From contig JBLIRN010000074.1 of the NCBI GenBank assembly GCA_049472315.1, positions 1 to 12,953 of the forward strand: a stretch of DNA of 12,953 nt, read 5' to 3'. Below are positions 1 through 7,400 of the stretch, in pieces. Position 1 is the first letter of the stretch; each line of letters starts with the position of its first letter. The translations under genes and the position numbers were made by a program. A model generated the notes under the pieces. It saw only the letters and a program-made list of their open reading frames with translations, ran no database searches and was not told the origin of the DNA. Source of the stretch: a bacterium (GTDB taxonomy: Bacteria > SZUA-182 > DTGQ01 > JAFGSM01).

Positions 1-254
1 CCCAGGGTGGTGAGACGGTGGCGGCGTTGAAACGGGCACATGAGGCGGGGATGGTGACAACAGGGGATACCGTGGTGGTGGATTCGACCTCCCATCAGCT
101 CAAGTTTGCCGATTTTCAAACCAAGTATTTCGAGGACTCCTATCCCGAGGCATATGAGATCGCTCCTGCGCCCCGTATGAAAAACGCCCCCACCCTCCTT
201 CCTGCATCGGCCCGGGAGATAGCGGCATTCCTCTCCCTCAAGGAAAGGTCGTAG
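1..254 (+). CDS. thrC: Threonine synthase, C-terminal fragment (5'-truncated by window)
   Basis: Frame is open from base 3 (QGGETVAALKRA...VVVDSTSHQLKF...), so the GTG at 18 is not the real start. The 'PQGGE..AAL' and 'STxHxLKF' motifs match the C-terminus of PLP-dependent threonine synthases. Stop TAG at 252-254. Confidence 0.8.
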   Translation, partial: QGGETVAALKRAHEAGMVTTGDTVVVDSTSHQLKFADFQTKYFEDSYPEAYEIAPAPRMKNAPTLLPASAREIAAFLSLKERS

Positions 255-1043
255 ATGGCGGATATCCGAGCATGGCTTGCCCTTGCCGTCGACGCCGCTC
301 ACCACGCAGGTGAAATCCAGCGAAAGGGGCTGGGAGGACATATAGGGATCGCCTACAAGGGCCCCAAGGATCTGGTGACCGATATCGACCGTGAATGCGA
401 ACAGGCTGTATTCACGCGCATACACAGTGCATACCCCGACCACAGCATCATGTCGGAAGAGGGAAGCAACCTGGCGTTCCCTTCGCCGTTTCGGTGGATC
501 ATCGATCCCCTCGACGGCACCACCAACTATACGCACGCCTATCCCTGCTTTTGCGTGTCCATAGGCCTGGAGGCGGAGGGATCGGTTGTCCTGGGCGTGG
601 TGTACGATCCGATTCTGGACGAGCTGTTCACCGCGGTAAAAGGGGAGGGGGCTCGGTTAAACGGGAATCCCATCCATGTTTCAGGCACCGCAACGCTTGA
701 GCGCGCATTGGTTGCCACGGGCCGGATGACCAAGGGCAGGGGAAACAGCGATACGCAGTTTTCTCAATTCAAACGAATGGCCGTCGAGGTGCAGGCAACC
801 AGGATGGACGGGTCCGCGTCCCTGGATCTCTGTTACGTGGCTGCGGGGCGCTATGACGGCTTCTGGGAGTTTGGGCTCAAACCGTGGGACACCACGGCAG
901 GAAGCCTCATTGTCGAAGAGGCGGGCGGAAGGGTCACCACCTATGATGCCGGGTCGTTTGATCCCTTCAAGGACGAGCTCCTGTGCAGCAATGGCCTCGT
1001 CCATCAGGCAATGATCGATATCCTCAGGGATACCCCACCATAG
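255..1043 (+). CDS. suhB: Inositol monophosphatase family protein (SuhB-like)
   Basis: DLVTDID, SEE, WIIDPLDGTTNY metal-binding motif, GSASLDLCYVAAGRYDGFWE and KPWDxxAG. ATG directly abuts the thrC stop. Confidence 0.92.
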   Translation: MADIRAWLALAVDAAHHAGEIQRKGLGGHIGIAYKGPKDLVTDIDRECEQAVFTRIHSAYPDHSIMSEEGSNLAFPSPFRWIIDPLDGTTNYTHAYPCFCVSIGLEAEGSVVLGVVYDPILDELFTAVKGEGARLNGNPIHVSGTATLERALVATGRMTKGRGNSDTQFSQFKRMAVEVQATRMDGSASLDLCYVAAGRYDGFWEFGLKPWDTTAGSLIVEEAGGRVTTYDAGSFDPFKDELLCSNGLVHQAMIDILRDTPP

Positions 1044-1045
1044 CC

Positions 1046-2473
1046 CTAAGCATTGCGCAGAAACGCCTTGTACGCCTTATAGGTCATGTACAGATCGGCC
1101 TTGCTGATGATCTCATACGGGGAATGCATCCCCAGCACCGGCATGCCGGCATCGATCACGTCCATGCCGTACCATGCCATGAACTTCGCCACGGTGCCGC
1201 CTCCCCCTTCATCCACCTTGCCGATCTCGCCGGTCTGCCATATTACCTTGTTTTCGTTGAGTATCCTTCGGATTTTTGCCACAAATTCGGCGTTGGCGTC
1301 ACTCGTTCCGTACTTGCCGCCGGAGCCCGAATATTTTGTAACACAGACGCCTCCCCCCATCCTGGCGGCGTTTCGCTTGTCGAACAGGTTCTGCCATTCG
1401 GGGTCGATGGCTGCATTGACATCTGCGGATATACACTCGGAGTGTGCCAAGGCACGTCGAAGGGCGCCCTCTTCGATCCCTCCCTGGGCCCGTGCGATAT
1501 CACCCACCACGTATTCGATGAACCGTGAATGCGAGCCGGTATTGCCGTCGCTCCCTGTTTCCTCTTTATCCATGAACAGGACGAGGAGGGGACGCTCCGA
1601 TGATTCCATCTCGCCTATCGCATGGAGTGCAGCGTATACGCATGCCCGATCGTCATGGCCGTACCCGGCGATCATGCTGCGGTCCCATCCCAGGTCACGC
1701 GCCCTTTCCGCGGGTACCGCCTCGAATTCCGCGCTGGTGAAGTCCTCCTCCACAATGCCGTATTTCTGCGAGAGCATGGCCAGGAGCCCAAGCTTGAACC
1801 GTTGATCCGTCTCCCTGTCCGCTTCGTAGGGGATGGACCCCGCAATCACATTCAGGTTCTCCCCCTCCACAACCTCCTCCGCCTTTTTGGTGGCCTGAGC
1901 CTTTCTCCAGAGATGGACAAGGAGGTCGGAGACCGCGAATACAGGATCCCCTTCATCCTCGCCAATCCTCAATTCCAGCGAGGATCCGTCGGATTTTATG
2001 ATCGTGCCGTGCAGGGCGAGGGGCCGATTCACCCATTGATACTTCTTGATTCCCCCGTAATAGTGGGTTTTCATGAGGGCAAGGTTAACATCCTCGTAGA
2101 GGGGACTTTGTTTGAGGTCCAGGCGCGGGGAGTCGATATGCGCAATGATGATGCGCATGCCCTTCTCGATAGGCTGTGCACCGAGCACGGCAAGCGCGGC
2201 CACCTTGTTGCGATGGACCGCATACAAACGGTTTTGGGAAGAACCATCCGAAATCGCCCCGAATCCCTTTGCGCGGGCAAAGGCCACGATTTCCCTCACC
2301 GCTTCCCGTTCCGTCTTGCTGTTGTCCAGGAACCGCTTGTAGTCCTCGGCAAGGGCCATAATCCCTTCTTTTTCCCCCTCCTCCAGATGGTCCCAGACCA
2401 CCCTTGCAGGGCGGAACAACCGCTCCTTGAGCTCCCTGGTCTCCTTTTGTGCATTATTCTTTTCCATCAGCAT
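1046..2473 (-). CDS. apeA: M18 family (aspartyl/aminopeptidase I-like) metalloaminopeptidase
   Basis: SKTERE, AHIDSPRLDLK, YYGGIKKYQW, GHDDR, DKEETGS, ADVNAA and MHSPYE motifs. GGAGG RBS (2485-2481) lies 7 nt upstream of the ATG at 2473. Confidence 0.92.
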   Translation of the reverse strand: MLMEKNNAQKETRELKERLFRPARVVWDHLEEGEKEGIMALAEDYKRFLDNSKTEREAVREIVAFARAKGFGAISDGSSQNRLYAVHRNKVAALAVLGAQPIEKGMRIIIAHIDSPRLDLKQSPLYEDVNLALMKTHYYGGIKKYQWVNRPLALHGTIIKSDGSSLELRIGEDEGDPVFAVSDLLVHLWRKAQATKKAEEVVEGENLNVIAGSIPYEADRETDQRFKLGLLAMLSQKYGIVEEDFTSAEFEAVPAERARDLGWDRSMIAGYGHDDRACVYAALHAIGEMESSERPLLVLFMDKEETGSDGNTGSHSRFIEYVVGDIARAQGGIEEGALRRALAHSECISADVNAAIDPEWQNLFDKRNAARMGGGVCVTKYSGSGGKYGTSDANAEFVAKIRRILNENKVIWQTGEIGKVDEGGGGTVAKFMAWYGMDVIDAGMPVLGMHSPYEIISKADLYMTYKAYKAFLRNA

Positions 2474-2516
2474 GCCTGTGCCTCCAAAACAAATAAGCCC
2501 TTCGGCAATCGAACCG

Positions 2517-2822
2517 TTATCCCTCCTCGATCACCCGCGGGACCCTGAAAAAGCCGTCCTTGCGGTCCGGGGCATTGGCAAGGGCGTCTTCCAGCGGGAG
2601 CGAGTCCTGCACCTCGTCCTCACGAAACACATTGGTCATGGGGAGGACATGGGAGGTGGGCTCTATGCCGGTGGTATCCAATTGGTTGAGCTTGTCCATA
2701 TATGCCAGTATGCTGTCCAACTGATGGGTGAACAGCTCCTTTTCCTCCTCGGAAAGCTCAAGGTAGGCGAGGTGGGCCACATATTCAACCTGTTTTCTGG
2801 TTATCTTCCCCGAACGTTCCAC
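2517..2822 (-). CDS. gatC: Asp-tRNA(Asn)/Glu-tRNA(Gln) amidotransferase subunit C
   Basis: ITRKQVEYVAHLAYLELSEEE...LDTTGIEPTSH...NVFREDEV...ALANAP...GFFRVPRVIE is the canonical GatC pattern. GTG start preceded by AAGAAGGGA. Confidence 0.95.
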   Translation of the reverse strand: MERSGKITRKQVEYVAHLAYLELSEEEKELFTHQLDSILAYMDKLNQLDTTGIEPTSHVLPMTNVFREDEVQDSLPLEDALANAPDRKDGFFRVPRVIEEG

Positions 2823-2892
2823 CGGTGTCCCTTCTTAACGATGCATTGCCGGCAGTTGACTCCCTTCACGGCATTGCGCCTTGAAGTCCTTC

Positions 2893-5133
2893 TTAGGAGA
2901 GGATGCGCAACCGGGCAAATTTTAGCATGAGTTTTTTCTTATGGCCTCTGAAATCGACGGTCACCTTTATGCTATCATCCCGTCCCTCTATATTCAATAC
3001 GGTCCCGGTACCCCACTGGTCATGAAAGACCTTTGCCCCGATCACCAGTTCTCCTGGATTGTGTATGGGAGACGTAATGGATGCTGCATCCGGCTTCGGC
3101 GCCTTCTTTATGGTATCGATGGGTTTTTTATGGACACGTGGTTTTGCAGGCGTGGAGGCAACCTCACCGAGACGGAAGCATTCGGAAGGGATATCCCGTA
3201 AAAACACGGAAGGGGCGTTTCGCTGGGTATGCCCGAAACTGCTTCGCTCATAGGCATGGGTCAGAAAGAGCCTCTTTTTTGCCCGGGTCATGCCTACGTA
3301 GCAGAGCCTCCGTTCTTCCTCCATTTCCTCATCGCTTTCCAATGACCGGGAATGGGGGAATACCCCCTGTTCCATTCCGGTCATGAAAACGACCGGAAAT
3401 TCAAGCCCCTTTGCGCTGTGGAGGGTCATCAACGTCACCGCGGAGGTGTCGTTTTTGAGGGTATCGACATCGGACAACAATGCCACATGATCCATGAAGG
3501 CGGCAAGGGTGGTGTCACCCGATGCCGCAGCGAATTCACCGGTCGCGGACAAAAGCTCCTTGACATTCTCGACCCGTGCCATCGCCTCCTCGGTCTGCTC
3601 CTTTTCAAGGTATGGAATATACCTGGTTTCTTCCAGGACAAGGCCCATCAATTCGCTCGCCGGGACCCGCGAGGCCCGTTCGTGCATATCCCTCACAAAC
3701 AGGTAGAAATCCTCCAGCCTTTCCTGGAGGTGAGAGGGGAACAACTCATCGGCAACGGCCTGGCGCATGGCCTCCAGAATGGGGATCCCCTTTTGTGTCC
3801 CCAACTTCGCCACCTTTTCCAGGGTCCCCTTGCCGATCCCTCTGGGAGGGGCATTGACGATCCTGGCAAGGCTTATGTCGTCGCCCGGATTATTGATCAG
3901 CTTGAGGTATGCGATGCAGTCCTTTACCTCCTTGCGGTCATAGAACCGTATCCCGCCGGCAATGCGGTAGGGGATACCCTGCCTTCGGAGCGCCTCTTCC
4001 AATACGCGGGACTGCGCATTCACCCGATAGAGGATCCCGAAATTTCCCAGGTCCTTGAACCCGCTTGTGGCCATCTGCCGGATTGTGCTGCAGATAAACG
4101 AGGCCTCATCGTGCTCGTTACCCGCCTTGTAGAGCGTAATGGGCTCGCCTTCCTCATTGGCGGTCCACAATTTTTTCGGCTTCCGGTTCCGGTTTCGTGC
4201 GATCACCGCATCAGCAGCGGTGAGAATGATCTTCGTGGAACGGTAATTCTGCTCCAGACGGATAACGCGGGCTTGTGGATACCGCTTTTCGAAATGGAGG
4301 ATATTCCCCACCTGTGCGCCGCGCCATCGGTATATCGACTGATCATCGTCACCCACCACGCACAGGTTCTGATGCGTGGCCGCGAGCAGGTCCAGGAGGG
4401 CGGACTGCACGAGGTTGGTGTCCTGGTATTCGTCAACCATGATATGTGACCATCGTCCCTGATATCGTGCCAGAATATCAGGGTGTTTTTGAAAAAGCCG
4501 CACAGTCAACAGGAGAAGATCGTCGAAATCCAGGGCATTGTTTGATCGAAGCGCGCCTTCATATAGGGGATAAAGCTCGGCAATCCTTTTATCAAAGCTG
4601 GTGAGTGCCCTTTTTCGAAAATCCTCCGTCGACACCAGATCATTCTTGGCACGGCTTATCGCCGCAAGAATATTCCTGGGCTCCATGCCCTTGGCATCAA
4701 TGCGTGACTCGGCCATACACCGTTTCAGAAGCCTCAACTGATCGTCTTCATCAAATATGGCGAAACCGTTCGGCAGGTTTAAATGGTGTATGTCCTGTCT
4801 CAGTATCCGAACGCAGGTCGCATGGAAGGTGCCGATCCACATGCCCTTGGCGTCATTGCCGATCAGCTCCTCCACCCTGCTCTTCATCTCCTTTGCCGCT
4901 TTATTGGTGAAGGTGACGGCCAGGATCTTCCGGGGAGGCACATTGCACTCATTGATCAGATAACATATCCGGTAGGTGATGACCCTCGTCTTTCCCGAGC
5001 CTGCGCCTGCCAGGATAAGCAGGGGTCCTTTTTCATGTGAGACCGCCTCCCACTGGGGCTCATTGAGAAGTTCCCTAATGGGGAGGGATACTTGATTGCC
5101 GTGTGATCCAGGGTAACTACCAGGGGATTCCAT
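2893..5133 (-). CDS. pcrA: ATP-dependent DNA helicase PcrA/UvrD (SF1A)
   Basis: LNEPQ Q-motif, AGAGSGKT, TFTNKAA, DEYQDTN, VGDDDQSIYRWRGA, NYRS, TLHSAKGLEF, EERRLCYVGMTRA and a C-terminal Tudor-like domain (VFHDQWGTGTV). Start trimmed from 5394 to the ATG at 5133 (746 aa) because the first 87 codons show no helicase similarity and overlap the divergent promoter. Exact start uncertain. Confidence 0.95.
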   Translation of the reverse strand: MESPGSYPGSHGNQVSLPIRELLNEPQWEAVSHEKGPLLILAGAGSGKTRVITYRICYLINECNVPPRKILAVTFTNKAAKEMKSRVEELIGNDAKGMWIGTFHATCVRILRQDIHHLNLPNGFAIFDEDDQLRLLKRCMAESRIDAKGMEPRNILAAISRAKNDLVSTEDFRKRALTSFDKRIAELYPLYEGALRSNNALDFDDLLLLTVRLFQKHPDILARYQGRWSHIMVDEYQDTNLVQSALLDLLAATHQNLCVVGDDDQSIYRWRGAQVGNILHFEKRYPQARVIRLEQNYRSTKIILTAADAVIARNRNRKPKKLWTANEEGEPITLYKAGNEHDEASFICSTIRQMATSGFKDLGNFGILYRVNAQSRVLEEALRRQGIPYRIAGGIRFYDRKEVKDCIAYLKLINNPGDDISLARIVNAPPRGIGKGTLEKVAKLGTQKGIPILEAMRQAVADELFPSHLQERLEDFYLFVRDMHERASRVPASELMGLVLEETRYIPYLEKEQTEEAMARVENVKELLSATGEFAAASGDTTLAAFMDHVALLSDVDTLKNDTSAVTLMTLHSAKGLEFPVVFMTGMEQGVFPHSRSLESDEEMEEERRLCYVGMTRAKKRLFLTHAYERSSFGHTQRNAPSVFLRDIPSECFRLGEVASTPAKPRVHKKPIDTIKKAPKPDAASITSPIHNPGELVIGAKVFHDQWGTGTVLNIEGRDDSIKVTVDFRGHKKKLMLKFARLRILS

Positions 5134-5300
5134 TAAAAACCATTTCACCGTGCGTAACGTGAATGAATTCGCATTCCGTTGTGCCGGATTGTGGTGGCAA
5201 ACGGGGACGCGATACCTTTCATGACCGTCACGAATCCTCGGGACGGCCAAGGCATAGTTTGATACCATAATTCCGTGCAGAAGTAAAGACCAAATATCTC

Positions 5301-5330
5301 TTGACGAAGGGTTCCCTCTTTGTCTACAAT
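5301..5330 (+). promoter_or_regulatory. Sigma70-type promoter for the antiporter gene
   Basis: TTGACG (5301-5306), 18-nt spacer, TACAAT (5325-5330), each 5/6 consensus, in an AT-rich intergenic patch upstream of the antiporter. Confidence 0.65.
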
Positions 5331-5376
5331 ATAACTCTTTGATAGGATTTGATTTCACAATTATGCCCATGCGTGG

Positions 5377-6744
5377 ATGCAGACTCGGGCCCATGCTCGT
5401 TTTTTCGTGAACAATGATGACAAGCGCTTCCGGATGGTGATGAGACGAGATTTAAACACCCTTCTGCCCCCTGTGGTGTCCTCTCTTTCCGTATCACTTT
5501 TGGTGTGGACACCCCGGCTCGCCTTTGCATCACAGGGTGGTGCCCACGATCTCAGATCGAATCAGGTCATTATCCTGGGATTGATTCTCCTCCTCGGTTT
5601 TGCCGGCGGCAAGATCATACAGATCATAAAGATGCCGGCTGTGACGGGGTATGTCCTCGTCGGGATAATGCTGGGCGTTTCAGCACTCAATATCATCCCC
5701 ATATCCATGATTCACGCCCTGCGCTTCATCGAGGTGCTCGGTCTCAGCCTGGTGGCACTGATCATCGGCGGCGATCTGCATTGGAAGAAATTGAAGGCCC
5801 TGGGGAAAACGGTGTTCGTCATAACGGTGATTCAGGTCATCGGTGCATTTGCAGCGGTCAGCATCGTTACCGGGGGGGTCCTTCACCTCCCGTGGTCCAT
5901 CGCCTTTATCCTGGGGGCCATCAGCTCCGCAACGGCCCCTGCCGCCACTGTTGCGGTTATCCATGAGTACAAGGCGCGAGGGCCCCTCACCGATACCCTT
6001 ATGGCCATCGTGGCCCTGGATGATGCGCTTTGCATCATTCTTTTTTCGGTTGTCATAGGCGGGGTATCCTTTATACGCGGCGCTGAGGCCGTTTCGCTCC
6101 GGCACTTCCTGATTCCAATTTGGGACATAAGCGGCTCGTGTATGGTGGGCATACTCCTCGGCATCCTTACCATAAATATCATGCGGTGGGTAAGGGACCG
6201 ACACGACCTGATCATCGTCGTGGTGGGCCTTGCCTTCCTGTTCGGCGAGATTGCGGAATATTTCCACATGTCCGCCCTGCTTACCAACATGATGTTCGGG
6301 TTCGTGCTGGTGAATTTTTCCCCGAATCCGAAGTTTTTCTCGTATCTCGTGGATATCGAGCTTCCCATCTTTATCTGTTTTTTTACCATTGCCGGCGCCA
6401 GTCTCAACCTGGGGGTCCTTTTCCAAAACTGGATTCCAGCCGTTTTATTCATCGTGGCCAGGGGAATCGGTAAGGTGCTCGGTGTCTATGCCGGGGGATT
6501 GATAGTGAATGCACCGAAGATGGTCAAAAAGTACCTGGGCTTTGCCATGCTTCCCCAGGCAGGTGTGGCCATCGCGCTTGTGTTGGCAGTGCAGGTGGAG
6601 ATGCCGGAAATCGCAAAGCTCATCACCGCCCTGGTGCTTGCCGCGGTTGCGGCCAATGAGGTCATCGGGCCGCTTGGTACGAAATTCGCCCTTATCAAGG
6701 CTGGAGAGACCAATAGGCCCATCCATAGAGAGGGCGACGCTTGA
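5377..6744 (+). CDS. Cation:proton antiporter (CPA superfamily, Na_H_Exchanger fold), probably Na+(K+)/H+
   Basis: Polytopic hydrophobic protein with MPAVTGYVLVGIMLG, GAISSATAPAAT, IVALDDALCII, FFTIAGASL, ARGIGK and LPQAGVAIAL motifs. Start may be 5377, 5434 or 5440. Confidence 0.9.
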   Translation: MQTRAHARFFVNNDDKRFRMVMRRDLNTLLPPVVSSLSVSLLVWTPRLAFASQGGAHDLRSNQVIILGLILLLGFAGGKIIQIIKMPAVTGYVLVGIMLGVSALNIIPISMIHALRFIEVLGLSLVALIIGGDLHWKKLKALGKTVFVITVIQVIGAFAAVSIVTGGVLHLPWSIAFILGAISSATAPAATVAVIHEYKARGPLTDTLMAIVALDDALCIILFSVVIGGVSFIRGAEAVSLRHFLIPIWDISGSCMVGILLGILTINIMRWVRDRHDLIIVVVGLAFLFGEIAEYFHMSALLTNMMFGFVLVNFSPNPKFFSYLVDIELPIFICFFTIAGASLNLGVLFQNWIPAVLFIVARGIGKVLGVYAGGLIVNAPKMVKKYLGFAMLPQAGVAIALVLAVQVEMPEIAKLITALVLAAVAANEVIGPLGTKFALIKAGETNRPIHREGDA

Positions 6745-6975
6745 CCTCACACTGCAATCGGATCGAAACATTTGTAAACAGAGAAGGAAGCGGAAGCCTT
6801 TTCTGAATACTTTCCGACGAGCTGAGGCGCTCGTCCGCAGTCCCCTGTTGCACGGCATTGCTTGCCTGAGGAGAGGGGTCAATCATACCTTTGGTTGAGA
6901 GCGGGAGGATTCGCGGAACAGAAGAGATATTGCAGGGGCGTCCGTGGTCGCTCCGGCCAGGGCGCGCCGGCCATA

Positions 6976-7004
6976 TTGACAAACTTTTTTCTATTTTGTA
7001 TAAT
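6976..7004 (+). promoter_or_regulatory. Perfect-consensus sigma70 promoter of the V/A-ATPase operon
   Basis: TTGACA (6976-6981), 17-nt spacer, TATAAT (6999-7004); the -10 ends 69 nt before the first ATPase ATG. Confidence 0.9.
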
Positions 7005-7073
7005 TCATGGCTTAAAGGTCATAAGTATCAATAATTAAACATGTTATGCATGTGCATGCTGAAGGAATGATCA

Positions 7074-7400
7074 ATGGGAATCGGAAATAAGATCAAGAGG
7101 ATCAGGGAGGCGGAGAAAAGCGCCGAGGAGTCCATCGCACAGGTTCGGGCTGAGGCGGAGAGGATGATCGAACAGGCCCGCAACGAGGCGGAACAAGGTG
7201 TGCAACGTGAGTGTGAAAATGCACGGCGAGAGGCCGAACAAGTGCTCTTGGCCGCGGAAAAGGAAATACAGCAAAAAGTAAATAAGATTGAATTGCAGAT
7301 AGGTCAACAGATCAAGGAATTGCAGGCAGAGGTTGAGCAGAAGCGGGAACAGATAACCACGTTGATTCAGAAGAGAATAGTAGGTCTGGATGTCGGTTGA
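7074..7400 (+). CDS. atpH: V/A-type ATPase peripheral stalk subunit H (G; NtpF-like)
   Basis: 108-aa charged coiled coil (IKRIREAEKSAEESIAQVRAEAERMIEQARNEA), first gene of the operon, AAGGA RBS, overlaps the subunit I start by 11 nt. Confidence 0.85.
   Translation: MGIGNKIKRIREAEKSAEESIAQVRAEAERMIEQARNEAEQGVQRECENARREAEQVLLAAEKEIQQKVNKIELQIGQQIKELQAEVEQKREQITTLIQKRIVGLDVG

Noticed and set aside
983..5040. Long plus-strand ORFs antisense to apeA, gatC and pcrA (e.g. 1622-2548, 3352-4449)
   Set aside because: Shadow ORFs expected opposite GC-rich genes; no recognisable motifs.
5255..5293. Minus-strand promoter for pcrA (TTGGTC-18-TATGGT or TTTACT-17-TATCAA)
   Set aside because: Two competing weak matches; cannot choose or support either without TSS data.
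5338..5362. Rex- or FNR-like box (TTTGAT...TTCACAA) downstream of the antiporter promoter
   Set aside because: Only half-sites match; no proper dyad.
5134..5394. 87-aa N-terminal extension of PcrA in the ORF track
   Set aside because: No helicase-like content; it runs through the AT-rich divergent promoter and overlaps the antiporter ORF. Treated as chance open frame.
6816..6835. GACGAGC/GCTCGTC 7-bp hairpin after the antiporter as an intrinsic terminator
   Set aside because: No U-tract follows on either strand.
6745..7073. Possible Na+ riboswitch or other ncRNA upstream of the ATPase operon
   Set aside because: The predicted leader is only ~60 nt, AT-rich and without a terminator. The region upstream of the promoter shows only short stems I cannot match to a family. 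An Rfam scan would settle it.
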